A DNA stretch of 62,783 nt, the filler included, from Candidatus Woesearchaeota archaeon (lineage in GTDB: Archaea > Nanobdellota > Nanobdellia > Woesearchaeales > CAZJJJ01), in assembly GCA_046538795.1 (NCBI GenBank). It is 5 parts of 5 records of this genome, joined end to end, with 100 filler letters (N's around TTAATTAATTAA, not from the genome) between each part and the next. Parts side by side here need not be neighbours in the genome. Positions count along the whole stretch, not along the records: positions 15,206 to 30,281 come from JBKHIF010000034.1; positions 30,382 to 45,227 come from JBKHIF010000035.1; 3 more parts are not named here. One strand, 5' to 3'. The notes beneath the pieces were generated by a model. That model ran no database searches, was not told where the DNA came from, and worked only from the letters and a program-made list of their open reading frames with translations. The translations under genes were made by a program, and so were the position numbers. Positions 26,645-37,246 of the stretch are shown in pieces (position 1 is the first letter of the stretch; every line of letters begins with the position of its first letter).

Positions 26645-29600
26645 ATGATAACATATCAGAAAGAAAAGCATTCGGATGAAGAGATATACAAGTCGCTTTG
26701 TCCTTTGGTTGCAGAGTGGTTTAAAAATAAGTTCAATGTATTTTCACCTCCGCAAAGATATGCTGTTCTTGACATAAAGAGAAAGCAGAATACGTTGATA
26801 TCTTCACCCACAGGTTCGGGTAAGACTCTTTCTGCATTCATAACAGTGCTTGATGAACTTGTATCTTTGGCAGGAAAAAAGAAACTTGAGAATAAAACAT
26901 ACTGCATTTATGTATCGCCATTAAAAGCATTATCAAATGATATAGAAAGGAACCTTAAAGGTCCTTTGAAGGAAATCAAAGAACTCTATAAGAAAAAAGG
27001 TGGAAAACCATCTGATCTTAACATAAGGATTGGTGTGAGGACAGGGGATACAACTGCTTCACAAAAAGCAGGAATGCTCAAAAATCCTCCGCATATATTA
27101 ATAACAACTCCTGAATCATTAGCTATAGTTCTTTCAAGCAAGAAATTCAAGGATAAATTAAGCGATATAGATTGGTGCATAATCGATGAGATACATTCCC
27201 TGGCTGATTCAAAGAGGGGTGTTCACATGTCGCTTTCTCTTGAAAGGCTTCAGAATGTTACTGATTTTACAAGGATAGGACTTTCTGCAACAGTTTCTCC
27301 ATTAGACGATGTAGCAAGATTCCTTGTCGGAGGGACTATTGGAAAATACAAGGAATATGAAGAAAGGGACTGTACGATAGTAGATTCCCAGTTTCTTAAA
27401 AAGATGGATATGAAGGTTCTTTGTCCTGTCGAGAATTTCATAACTACAACTCATGCAAAGATGCATTCAAGGATGTATCATATGATACATGAGCTTATAC
27501 AGGATCACAAGACTACGCTTATATTTACCAATACCAGATCTGCAACAGAGCGTGTTGTTCATTTTCTGAAAGATCGTTTTCCTAAGTTTTACAAAGCAGA
27601 CAATATCGGAGCTCATCATGGTTCTTTGAGCAAAGAGCACAGGCTTAAGATAGAAACACAGCTTAAAGAAGGTAAATTAAAGTGTGTTGTTTCATCGACA
27701 TCTCTTGAGCTTGGGATAGATATAGGATATGTGGATCTTGTCCTTCTTTTAGGTTCTCCTAAATCAGTTGCGAGAGCGCTTCAAAGGATTGGAAGAAGCG
27801 GTCATCAGCTGCATGAGACTGCAAAGGGTAGAATAATCGTTCTTGATCGCGATGATCTTGTTGAGTGCTCTGTGCTTCTGAAAGCTGCTATTGAGAAGAA
27901 GATTGATAACATACAGATCCAGGAAAATTCACTTGATGTGCTTGCACAGCATATCTATGGTATTGCTATAAACGAGCCCATACATGAAGACAATGTTTAT
28001 GATCTTGTTAGGCAAAGCTACTGCTACCGTAATTTAGAAAGGAAACAATTTGATGAGATAATTGATTATCTTGCAGGAGAATATGTTTCATTGGAGGAAA
28101 GATCAGTCTATGCAAAGATATGGCATGACAGAGAAACAGGAAACATAGGAAAAAGATCAAAGCTTGCAAGGCTCATATACATGACTAACATAGGAACAAT
28201 ACCTGATACAACAGGAGTTACTGTAAAGATAGGCATGGAACCAATAGGAATGATTGATGAATCTTTTCTTGAAAGGCTTAAGAAAGGAGATGTCTTTGTT
28301 CTTGGAGGAAATACCTATATCTTTGAATATTCAAGAGGCATGACTGCACAGGTAAGGACATCTATAGGAAGGCCTCCGACTGTTCCTTCATGGGCATCAG
28401 AGATGCTTCCGCTGTCTTTTGATCTTGCTCTTGAGATCCAGAAGTTCAGGAAGTACATGGAAGACCAGTTCTTTTCAGAAAAAAGCAAAGATGATCTTCT
28501 TAGGGCCATAGATGAATATCTTTATGTTGACAAGTATGGGGCTAATGCGATATATGAATATTTCAAGGAGCAATTTCTTTTTGCAGAGATACCTCACCAC
28601 AAGAAGATAATGATTGAGCACTATAATGATTCAAGAAAAAAATATATAATATTCCATACTCTTTTCGGAAGACGTGTCAATGATGTCCTTTCAAGGGCTG
28701 TAGCTTTTGCCATAAGCAGACTTGATCATAAGGATGTTGAGATAGGGATAACAGATAATGGATTTTATCTTTCTTCAGAGAACAAGGTCAATGTTCTAAA
28801 GGCTTTCAGGGCAATACACTATAAAGAACTAAGAGCTATGATGGAAATCGCTCTTGAAAAGACAGAGATTCTTAAAAGGCGGTTTAGGCATTGCGCATCC
28901 CGTTCATTGATGATATTAAGAAGCTATCGCGGAAGGAAAAAGACTGTCGGAAGGCAGCAGATGTCATCTCAGCTTCTTATTAATGCAGTCAAAAGAATAA
29001 GCGAGGATTTTCCTATACTTAAAGAAGCCAAGCGTGAGATTCTTGAAGAATTAATGGACATAAATAATTCAGAGGAAGTCATGAAGCTTGTGGAATCAGG
29101 TAAAGTGAAGATCAAGGAAATCCACACAGATGTTCCTTCGCCATTTTCATTTAATCTTGTCATGCAGGGTTATTCAGATATCCTTAAAATGGAAGATCGC
29201 CTTGAATTTTTGAAAAGGATGCATGAATGCGTGCTAGAAAGAATTGAAAACAAGAGTTCTAAGTCAAGTGTTGATGATATTGCAAAAGAAATGAGAGAAA
29301 AGATTCTTGAAAGATCAAGGGTTGAGCTTACTGAAGAACAGGAACTCTTGATGAGGCAGATACGCCGTATGAAGGGATTTTCATTAGAAGAAAAAGAAGA
29401 ACTTATGAAAGTTGTCAGAAAAGAGGAGATGTCGCATGATTTTTATACAAGAATCATGAAAAAGCGAAATGAGATCATGGATTCATGGCCTATGCCTCTT
29501 GGGAGATTTATTGTTTTAAGGGCATCTGAACATTCAGATGAATTTGATTATGAGTCATACTGGAACGAAAATTCTGAAAAGGAAAAACTCAAAGAAGACA

Positions 29601-29821
29601 TGAATACAGAGAAATTAAAAGAGGATTTCTTAAATGCTGCAAGACGCGTAAGACTTGAATATGATATCCAGCATGAAGGGATGAAGCTTATAGATGGTGA
29701 AAAAGATATAGATAATAAATTTTTTGACTGGTTGAAGGAATTATTGTCTGGTACTGTACCAATGTTTTGGAGTACTGATCTTGTGAAATTTTTCAAGAAA
29801 AAATTAGATGAATTTAAATGA
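26645..29821 (+). CDS. lhr: ATP-dependent helicase Lhr (SF2) with C-terminal extension
   Basis: SPTGSGKT, ITTPESL, DEIH, LSAT, HHGSLS, LELGIDIG, QRIGRSGH, GTIPD. Confidence 0.95.
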   Translation: MITYQKEKHSDEEIYKSLCPLVAEWFKNKFNVFSPPQRYAVLDIKRKQNTLISSPTGSGKTLSAFITVLDELVSLAGKKKLENKTYCIYVSPLKALSNDIERNLKGPLKEIKELYKKKGGKPSDLNIRIGVRTGDTTASQKAGMLKNPPHILITTPESLAIVLSSKKFKDKLSDIDWCIIDEIHSLADSKRGVHMSLSLERLQNVTDFTRIGLSATVSPLDDVARFLVGGTIGKYKEYEERDCTIVDSQFLKKMDMKVLCPVENFITTTHAKMHSRMYHMIHELIQDHKTTLIFTNTRSATERVVHFLKDRFPKFYKADNIGAHHGSLSKEHRLKIETQLKEGKLKCVVSSTSLELGIDIGYVDLVLLLGSPKSVARALQRIGRSGHQLHETAKGRIIVLDRDDLVECSVLLKAAIEKKIDNIQIQENSLDVLAQHIYGIAINEPIHEDNVYDLVRQSYCYRNLERKQFDEIIDYLAGEYVSLEERSVYAKIWHDRETGNIGKRSKLARLIYMTNIGTIPDTTGVTVKIGMEPIGMIDESFLERLKKGDVFVLGGNTYIFEYSRGMTAQVRTSIGRPPTVPSWASEMLPLSFDLALEIQKFRKYMEDQFFSEKSKDDLLRAIDEYLYVDKYGANAIYEYFKEQFLFAEIPHHKKIMIEHYNDSRKKYIIFHTLFGRRVNDVLSRAVAFAISRLDHKDVEIGITDNGFYLSSENKVNVLKAFRAIHYKELRAMMEIALEKTEILKRRFRHCASRSLMILRSYRGRKKTVGRQQMSSQLLINAVKRISEDFPILKEAKREILEELMDINNSEEVMKLVESGKVKIKEIHTDVPSPFSFNLVMQGYSDILKMEDRLEFLKRMHECVLERIENKSSKSSVDDIAKEMREKILERSRVELTEEQELLMRQIRRMKGFSLEEKEELMKVVRKEEMSHDFYTRIMKKRNEIMDSWPMPLGRFIVLRASEHSDEFDYESYWNENSEKEKLKEDMNTEKLKEDFLNAARRVRLEYDIQHEGMKLIDGEKDIDNKFFDWLKELLSGTVPMFWSTDLVKFFKKKLDEFK

Positions 29822-30281
29822 CTTCTTTCATTGCCTTTATTGCAACTTCTATCTGCTTGTCATTTGGTTCTTTTGTAGTTATCTTTTGCATCATAAGCCC
29901 GGGCCATGTAAGTATCTTAAAGAAAAAATTATTCTCGTGTCTTGAGCTGAACCTTAAGATTTCATATGAAACCCCTGCAATTAAAGGGAGCAAAAGTATC
30001 CTTGAACCAAACTTTATCCAGAGATTTTGTGCTGGTATCAATGAGAAGATGAATATGCTTATGATAAGCACATAGAATATGAAGCTTGTTCCGCATCTAG
30101 GATTGAGTGTAGTGTGTTTTTTTACATTTTTTACTGTGAGTTTTTCTCCTGCCTCATAGCAATTTACAGTTTTGTGTTCTGCTCCGTGATATTCAAACAT
30201 CCTTCTTACATCTCTCATGAGTCTTATGCTTCCCATATATGTTAAAACAATACCCACCCTGAAAACTCCATCTGTTACATT
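29814..30281 (-). CDS. DUF1385 family membrane protein (partial at contig end)
   Basis: FEYHGAEHK, PRCGTSF, PGLMMQKITTKEP. Confidence 0.9.
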   Translation of the reverse strand, partial: NVTDGVFRVGIVLTYMGSIRLMRDVRRMFEYHGAEHKTVNCYEAGEKLTVKNVKKHTTLNPRCGTSFIFYVLIISIFIFSLIPAQNLWIKFGSRILLLPLIAGVSYEILRFSSRHENNFFFKILTWPGLMMQKITTKEPNDKQIEVAIKAMKEVI

Positions 30282-30381
30282 NNNNNNNNNNNNNNNNNNN
30301 NNNNNNNNNNNNNNNNNNNNNNNNNTTAATTAATTAANNNNNNNNNNNNNNNNNNNNNNNNNNNNNNNNNNNNNNNNNNNN
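30282..30381. other. Artificial contig linker
   Basis: N44-TTAATTAATTAA-N44. Confidence 0.98.
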
Positions 30382-30966
30382 CGGCAGGCGAGAAAACATA
30401 AGGAATTCAATCCAAATCTCATTCATACCATCAAAACCCAAAATCCACAACTGGTTCTTTCTGAGGCAACCCCTGAGGCTCGGAGATTGTACAACATGGC
30501 AAGACAAGTAGGCATGGACTGCCATCGCATAAAGATGTATGCAAGGTTTTCTATTTCTAAAAAGGGCATACTTTATGCAAAAATATATCCAGAGCACAGG
30601 ACAGAATCTGATGCTCTGGATTTCTTTTTCCAAAGATTTCCAATGTATACAATAATCCTTGAATCAAAAAGAGGAACATTTTTTGGATCAAAGAAAACAG
30701 GAAAAAATTATTCAAAAGATAGTTCCAAGATAATAATTGCACTACTTGAAAAAAAGATGAAAGATGACAGCATACTTTCTGAACTGGATGATTCCATGAA
30801 TGATTCTGAACTGTGGAAAGAGTTTTATTCTGCACAATATGCAGGTTCAAGAAGAAACTTAAGATTGTTCTATAAAAACATGCCAAAAAAGAATCAGAAT
30901 GGTTACAACATGAAAATGGAATCAACTATTTTCTCAGGCAACAGGACATTGAGTGAGTTTGGATAG
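30382..30966 (+). CDS. DUF4130-like putative DNA metabolism protein (5' partial)
   Basis: Frame open to the contig edge; HRIKMYARF, PEH, FFQRFP, LWKEFY...RRNLRL...MPKK. Confidence 0.72.
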   Translation, partial: RQARKHKEFNPNLIHTIKTQNPQLVLSEATPEARRLYNMARQVGMDCHRIKMYARFSISKKGILYAKIYPEHRTESDALDFFFQRFPMYTIILESKRGTFFGSKKTGKNYSKDSSKIIIALLEKKMKDDSILSELDDSMNDSELWKEFYSAQYAGSRRNLRLFYKNMPKKNQNGYNMKMESTIFSGNRTLSEFG

Positions 30967-30985
30967 TTAAAAATGTTTATTGATA

Positions 30986-31777
30986 TTAAGAATACTTCTC
31001 CTTTTCAGATTTATATATTCTGTACAGAAGATATATTCCTCCGATTATTAATGGAAGGCTTAATATCTGTCCCATGGTCATCCAGCCAAAAAATAATCCA
31101 TTGTTTCCTATTTGAAAATCAGGTTGTCTGAAAAACTCGACAATAAATCTCAGCACACCATACATGGCAACAAATGTCCACGACATTATTCCTTTTGGAA
31201 CTTTCTTCTTGAAAAGGAATATCTCAATACCCAAAATAAGGAAATTCTTGAATGATTCATAAATCTGAGATGGATGCCTGAAGCCTTCTGCATTGGGAAA
31301 CTTTACTGCCCAGGGAACATCTGAAATACGCCCATAAAGTTCTCCATTAAGAAAGTTTGCTATTCTTCCCATCGCAAGACCCAGAGCAAATGGAATAGTA
31401 AGTATATCTGATATGTCATAAAACTCATATGATTTCCTTCTGCAAAATATGATGAGCGCAGCTATCAAGCCAAACAAACCACCATGAAAAGAAAGTCCGC
31501 CCTGCCATATGATAAATATATCAAGGGGATTTTCAAAAAAATATCCTATATTGTAGAAAAGAACATAGAATAACCTGGCTCCGATCATGATTCCTAGCGC
31601 GATGTAGATAAGAAGATCATCAACATCATGAAATTTCAACTTGATCTTCTTTTTTTTTGAAAGCACCTTAAGCATGATATATATCAAAAGAAAAGTAAGT
31701 GAATATACCAAACCATAATATCTTATCTGTGCAAAACCTAAATCCAGAAGTATAGGATCAATGTTGTGAACAAACAT
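30986..31777 (-). CDS. lgt: Prolipoprotein diacylglyceryl transferase
   Basis: IRYYGL, GARL, GGLSFHGG, GRIANFLNGELYGR, RHPSQIYE, RFIVEFFRQPD, TMGQILS. Confidence 0.95.
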   Translation of the reverse strand: MFVHNIDPILLDLGFAQIRYYGLVYSLTFLLIYIMLKVLSKKKKIKLKFHDVDDLLIYIALGIMIGARLFYVLFYNIGYFFENPLDIFIIWQGGLSFHGGLFGLIAALIIFCRRKSYEFYDISDILTIPFALGLAMGRIANFLNGELYGRISDVPWAVKFPNAEGFRHPSQIYESFKNFLILGIEIFLFKKKVPKGIMSWTFVAMYGVLRFIVEFFRQPDFQIGNNGLFFGWMTMGQILSLPLIIGGIYLLYRIYKSEKEKYS

Positions 31778-31890
31778 GTCTTTTAGAAAAAAAGAACTTC
31801 TTAATAAATCTATTACCATAAAAACCGTTATGATATTTTCAAATCTTCAAAAATATTATAAATCAATTAAATAATCTCTTTTTGATTTTA

Positions 31891-33243
31891 ATGGAATATG
31901 ATGTTATTATCATCGGAGGGGGTCCAGCAGGACTATTTGCTGCGTATGAGCTTTGTGTAAATTCACCAAATCTCAAGGTCGCGCTTATAGAGAAAGGTTC
32001 TTCTATCAAAGAAAGAAAAAGATCCGATGTCATGTGCGGCATAGGGGGCGCAGGAACATTCAGCGACGGAAAGCTGCATTTTACTCCTGTATTAAGCCAC
32101 GAAAAGATGCTTGATCTCTATACTGAAGATGAGTATCAGAAATTTCTTGACTATGTGGATCAGCTTCTCACTGATTTTGGAGTAAATACTGATTATTATC
32201 CAAAAAACATAGAACAAGTAAAAGAGCTTGTCGATGATGCAAAAAAGAACAGCATAAAGCTATACATACGAAAAGCAAGGCATGTAGGAAGCGATGTTCT
32301 TCCTGAAATAATACTTAATATAGAGGAATTTCTAAGAAAAAAAGATGTTGAGATTATCGATAACACAGATGTTTCTGATCTTTTGATAAAAGACGGCAAA
32401 TTATCAGGAATAATAACAAAAGAAAAAAAAGAATATCATTCAAGATCAGTCATTGTCGCTCCAGGAAGATATAATGCACGGTGGATGCAGGAGATTGCAG
32501 ATAAATATGACTTGGGATATAAGTATGAAAAAGTAGAGGTCGGTGTGAGAGTAGAATTTCCAGAAGCGGTCATGAAAAAACACGCTGACCTTATGTATGA
32601 GACCATCTTTCTCATGCACACCCCTACATTTGATGATGCAGTAAGAACATTCTGTCCCTGTCCTAACGGGCTTGTCGCCAAAGAGAAATATGATGGTTTT
32701 GTATGTGTAAACGGACATTCAAATTCAGATCATCTTTCTGAAAATTCAAACTTTGCTTTTGTTTCAGAAATCTCACTTACAGAACCTGTTGAAAACACGA
32801 TTGCATATGCAAAGTCAATTGCACAGCTGGCAACAACAATAGGAGGAGGAAAACCAATCCTTCAAAGACTTTCTGATCTAAGGATGGGCAGGAGAAGCAC
32901 CTGGTCAAGGATCAACAAAAGTTTTGTAACTCCTTCTCTCAAAGATGTTACTCCAGGAGATATAGCTATGGCTCTTCCCTTCAGAACTGTTAAAAATCTT
33001 CTTGAAGGTTTTGAGATGCTTGATTCAGTCCTTCCAGGGATCAATTCAGGAAGCACTCTTCTTTATGCACCTGAGATAAAACTTCGTTCTTCAAAGATGA
33101 AGACAGATAAGAATCTTGAAACACATATCAAAGGGCTATATGTAGCAGGAGACGGAGCCGGTGTCTCGGGAAATATTGTGGGAGCAGCAGCAACAGGAAT
33201 AATTGCTGCACAGGGAATCATCTCAAAAAATAAAAACAGATAA
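31891..33243 (+). CDS. FAD-dependent oxidoreductase (COG2509-like)
   Basis: GGGPAG, GGAGTFSDGKL, GVRVE, RTFCPCPNG, AGDGAG. Confidence 0.88.
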   Translation: MEYDVIIIGGGPAGLFAAYELCVNSPNLKVALIEKGSSIKERKRSDVMCGIGGAGTFSDGKLHFTPVLSHEKMLDLYTEDEYQKFLDYVDQLLTDFGVNTDYYPKNIEQVKELVDDAKKNSIKLYIRKARHVGSDVLPEIILNIEEFLRKKDVEIIDNTDVSDLLIKDGKLSGIITKEKKEYHSRSVIVAPGRYNARWMQEIADKYDLGYKYEKVEVGVRVEFPEAVMKKHADLMYETIFLMHTPTFDDAVRTFCPCPNGLVAKEKYDGFVCVNGHSNSDHLSENSNFAFVSEISLTEPVENTIAYAKSIAQLATTIGGGKPILQRLSDLRMGRRSTWSRINKSFVTPSLKDVTPGDIAMALPFRTVKNLLEGFEMLDSVLPGINSGSTLLYAPEIKLRSSKMKTDKNLETHIKGLYVAGDGAGVSGNIVGAAATGIIAAQGIISKNKNR

Positions 33244-33355
33244 TCTATTTCTAGCGGAAAATGCCTAAACAACACGAAACATTTAAAAAGAAATTTAGTC
33301 TTATTTACTCCTAAAAAGATAAAAAAATCCAGTTTGGATCAGTAAGGAAAACAAA

Positions 33356-34612
33356 ATGAACGCGACAGCAGGAGAGTTGATAATGTATGTTACAGCTTAT
33401 TTTGGATTATTCACATCAATATTCTTCCTTATAACGCTTATCGAGAACAAGAATAAACTAAAGAATCCTGTGCCAAAAAAAACATTGTCTGCAAGCATAA
33501 TCGTTCCTGCATATAATGAGGAAAAAACTCTTGCAAAGACAATTAAATCTCTTCTCGCACTTAATTATCCTAAAGACAAGCTTGAGATAATAGTCGTCGA
33601 TGACGGGAGTACAGACAAGACTCTTGAGATTGCTAACATGATTGCATCTAAAAAAGAAAATAAATTTCCTGTCAAGGTCCTGACTAAAGAAAACGGAGGG
33701 AAAGGCCAGGCTCTTAATATTAGCATCAAGCAGGCAAAAGGCGAATTAGTAGGAGCACTCGATGCAGATTCATTTGTGCATCCTGATGCGCTTTACAACA
33801 TCATAGGTCATTTTAATGAAAAAAAGGTTATGGCTGTAACTCCATCAATGAAAGTCCATGAGCCAAAAAATATTCTTCAGAAAGTACAGGCAATGGAATT
33901 TCTTCTGGGAATTTTCCTTAGAAAGGTTTTTGGACTTTTGGACAGCATCCATGTAACCCCAGGACCTTTTACAATATACAGAAAAGAATTTTTCAATAAA
34001 TACGGCGGTTACGATGAAAATAATATAACTGAAGATATCGAAATCGCTCTCAGGATACAATCCCTTGGCTTCAAGATAAGAAATTCTGTTGATGCTTTTG
34101 TACATACCTCAAGCCCATCTAAGTTCATGCCTCTCATGAATCAGAGGATAAGATGGTACAGGGGTTTTATGGATAACGTAATAAATTATAAACAACTTTT
34201 CGGACCAAAACACGGCAACCTTGGAATGTTCATTCTTCCTGCTTCTTTAGTCTCTGTCGCACTTGTGATTTTATCAGTAGGATATACATTATTCTCAATG
34301 GCCAGATCTAATTTTAAGATGATCAAAAATTGGTATAATGTTGATTTTGATCTTTTGAAGATGATTAAATTTGATTTTGATTTTTTCTTTTTTGACGGCA
34401 GCAGTCTGGTTTTCATAGGCCTTTTAGCTTTTGCACTCGGGATAGTTGTAATATATAATGCAAAAAAAATATCTCTTGAAAATAAAAGCATAAAGGTATC
34501 ATACGCTTATTTTCTTATATTTTATCTTCCGCTATTTGCATTCTGGTGGAGCATGGCAATATATTATAAAACATTTAACAAGAAGATTAAATGGGCAGGG
34601 AAATCATTATAA
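33356..34612 (+). CDS. Membrane GT2 processive glycosyltransferase
   Basis: VPAYNEE, DDGSTD, DAD, TED, QRIRW plus TM helices. Confidence 0.92.
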   Translation: MNATAGELIMYVTAYFGLFTSIFFLITLIENKNKLKNPVPKKTLSASIIVPAYNEEKTLAKTIKSLLALNYPKDKLEIIVVDDGSTDKTLEIANMIASKKENKFPVKVLTKENGGKGQALNISIKQAKGELVGALDADSFVHPDALYNIIGHFNEKKVMAVTPSMKVHEPKNILQKVQAMEFLLGIFLRKVFGLLDSIHVTPGPFTIYRKEFFNKYGGYDENNITEDIEIALRIQSLGFKIRNSVDAFVHTSSPSKFMPLMNQRIRWYRGFMDNVINYKQLFGPKHGNLGMFILPASLVSVALVILSVGYTLFSMARSNFKMIKNWYNVDFDLLKMIKFDFDFFFFDGSSLVFIGLLAFALGIVVIYNAKKISLENKSIKVSYAYFLIFYLPLFAFWWSMAIYYKTFNKKIKWAGKSL

Positions 34613-34638
34613 ACTGCAAATCAAGACCATAAATAAAA

Positions 34639-35346
34639 ATGGAACGAAAAAAGATCAACAAGAGCAAGTATGCTGCTGTATTTCTTCTGACAACTCTGAT
34701 TTTCCTGTCCGGACTTTATCTTGGTAATACAATTCTTGGAAAAAAACTTCAACAAGTAGATTCTTTTGCTGAACAGATAAAGACAGACACGCTTGCCCTT
34801 GAAGTGCAGTATTTATTATTTCAGGAAGATCCCTGCAAATACATAAACACAACTCCACTTACTGATGAATTATACCAGCTTGCGCTTCGTCTTGATTATA
34901 TGGAAAACAGGATGGAAAAAGAGAATCCTGATGTTCTCAGGATGAAGGAATATTATTATCTTCTTGAATTAAGGCATTGGCTTTTTTTGAAAAAAACAAG
35001 GGATCAATGCGGAACTAATGATATTTTCATACTTTATTTCTACGGAGACGAAAAAGCCTGTTCTCAATGTGAAGAGCAGGGATTCATACTTACATGGCTT
35101 AGGACAAACTATCCATCTGTAAAAGTATATTCCTTTGACATCACCTCAGATAATATAGCTGTTGAAACTGTCAAGAAGTTTTATGGGGTTAGCCAACCTC
35201 CTACAATCATCATAGATAATGATACTATCGAAGGGTTCATTACAAAAAATGAATTAAAAGATATTATTGAAAATAGTTCAATTTCAGAACCAGCAAATGA
35301 AATCAACATATCAGAGGAGATTATTAACGTATCTTTATATGAATAA
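34639..35346 (+). CDS. Membrane-anchored thioredoxin-like protein
   Basis: N-terminal TM, LYFY...CSQC, PTIII. Confidence 0.7.
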   Translation: MERKKINKSKYAAVFLLTTLIFLSGLYLGNTILGKKLQQVDSFAEQIKTDTLALEVQYLLFQEDPCKYINTTPLTDELYQLALRLDYMENRMEKENPDVLRMKEYYYLLELRHWLFLKKTRDQCGTNDIFILYFYGDEKACSQCEEQGFILTWLRTNYPSVKVYSFDITSDNIAVETVKKFYGVSQPPTIIIDNDTIEGFITKNELKDIIENSSISEPANEINISEEIINVSLYE

Positions 35347-35486
35347 CTCAAACCGATGGCTATTCCCCGACCTGCTCGAAGAGTACCCTTTCAGGGCAAA
35401 CCCCGCAAAAACGAAAAGAAATTTTTTAAATTTCTGCGCACATTGAAACAAGGTTTCAATCGTGTTTCATGCGAAATTACCAATAA
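35343..35486 (+). repeat. Dispersed structured intergenic repeat, copy 3
   Basis: Homologous to copies 1 and 2; its first ATAA includes the upstream stop codon. Confidence 0.92.
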
Positions 35487-35531
35487 GAAAAACATGATTG
35501 CTTCATTAAGTTTATTCAGTTTTTTTAATTA

Positions 35532-36953
35532 TTAATTTTTAACGAAATTATAATATCTTGTAACCCAGATAACTTTCCAAACCTCAACAGAGGGGCTTTC
35601 TTCATAGACAAGTTCAAAGGTCTGATTATTTCTCAATAAAAACAAGAGTCCATCATCATCATCGTGCCAGATTTTTCCTTGTTTCATGTCCTGTGTAATC
35701 CAAAGATAGCTCACATTATACTTTTTTAGAAGCTCTCTGGTAGTGCTTAATCTGGCAGAATAATATATCTGTTCAAGATCAGACTCAAGTATGTTTTCAT
35801 TTTCTGAAAATGAATCCTTGAGAACATCATTTCCGGATATTTGTCTTATCATAAAACCATAATCTTCGTGAGAAAAAACTTTTCCGGGATTTAAAGATGT
35901 TCGCATAAACCTTAAGCTTTCAACTTGTTCAAGCGTTGGATTAAGAGAAAATATCCTATCAATATAAGAGAGCGTGGAAAAAATGAAGCCACAGGCAATT
36001 ATCAGAAGAGTTATCTGCTTAAGCTCAATTGAGTGCCATTTTCGTCTTATAAGAGAATTTACGCCGTATGCACCTATTACAGTTATTATCATGTTCATAA
36101 GAAAAATAAATGAATAGTCCACCAAAAATACAGACAGGATAAATACCAAGATGAGCATCTTGTCTATGTAATTAGTCTTTGCCCCGAACCAGAAAACAAC
36201 AAGTCCAAGCAGAAAAACTGCAAAATGGAGTATGCCTATGCCTTTCATCCCGCCTAAGTCAGATATTAATTCAGCTGTTTTATTTTCGACAGGATAATCT
36301 GCAACTCCAAATGTCGCAGGAAAAAGAAGTTGGATCAAAAACGTAAAAAGCATTAATGCTATCACCAGGATATATCTTTTCTTCTTGTCAATATACATTG
36401 AATAGGCAAATACAAGAAGCATTACAAAAAAAGCTATCTTTATGCCAAAAAAAGCAAGAAGAGTAAACACAGGCAAAGATAATATGAACAAACGTTTCTT
36501 GTGAAAAAGCGCAATACCTAACGTTAGAAGAAACACAATAAGAGAAAACTGATTTGAGAAACCAAAAGTATAGATGGTAAGCGGAGAAAATATAAATATC
36601 AAAAGAGATATATTTGAAAAAACCGCACTTGAGTTGTTTGCCTGAAGTATAAATGAAAACAGAAAAACTGAGAGCATTCCTAAAATGATGGGAAATACAA
36701 AACTTACAATATTTAGAGGAAAAATTTCTGAAAGAACGTGCAAAGAAACATCATAAAAATTTATTCTTTCTCCTGAATCTGCAAAAATAGTTTCTGAAGA
36801 AACAGCATGATATGACGAAATTCCATAAGGCAGACTACCCTCATAAAACATAACTCTTGAGATGAATGGAATCGAAAATAACAACAATGCTATTAAAAAT
36901 AGAATGTATCTTGAGTTCTTCGCATAAAAAAAATTCCTGATCTGCTTTTCCAT
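35532..36953 (-). CDS. Polytopic membrane protein, GT-C/STT3-like architecture
   Basis: About 11 TMs plus soluble C-terminal domain (LLKKYNVSYLWI). Confidence 0.65.
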   Translation of the reverse strand: MEKQIRNFFYAKNSRYILFLIALLLFSIPFISRVMFYEGSLPYGISSYHAVSSETIFADSGERINFYDVSLHVLSEIFPLNIVSFVFPIILGMLSVFLFSFILQANNSSAVFSNISLLIFIFSPLTIYTFGFSNQFSLIVFLLTLGIALFHKKRLFILSLPVFTLLAFFGIKIAFFVMLLVFAYSMYIDKKKRYILVIALMLFTFLIQLLFPATFGVADYPVENKTAELISDLGGMKGIGILHFAVFLLGLVVFWFGAKTNYIDKMLILVFILSVFLVDYSFIFLMNMIITVIGAYGVNSLIRRKWHSIELKQITLLIIACGFIFSTLSYIDRIFSLNPTLEQVESLRFMRTSLNPGKVFSHEDYGFMIRQISGNDVLKDSFSENENILESDLEQIYYSARLSTTRELLKKYNVSYLWITQDMKQGKIWHDDDDGLLFLLRNNQTFELVYEESPSVEVWKVIWVTRYYNFVKN

Positions 36954-36962
36954 ATCGATTCA

Positions 36963-37229
36963 CTATTCTCTTTGTATATAGCCTACCTGAGGCTGGTACA
37001 TTATCCTGTCGTTTATATATTTTCTCAGGACTTCATTAACCTGTTCTTCAGTAAAGCCTTTCTGCTGAGCAGCTATATAAATATGTTCAAGCTGTACTTT
37101 TTTCCCTTCTGGAACCAAAGAGTTTATAAGAGATATAAGCTCGATCAGCTGATCCTGTTCAATCTCTTTTTTTGCTTTTTCTTCAATTCCTTTTTGGATC
37201 TTCCGCAACTCTCTAAAATTATCTGCCAT
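36963..37229 (-). CDS. Small winged-helix protein (MCM C-terminal-like)
   Basis: GFTEEQVNEVL...IMYQPQVGYIQR. Confidence 0.6.
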   Translation of the reverse strand: MADNFRELRKIQKGIEEKAKKEIEQDQLIELISLINSLVPEGKKVQLEHIYIAAQQKGFTEEQVNEVLRKYINDRIMYQPQVGYIQRE

Positions 37230-37246
37230 ATGAAACAATCAAATAA

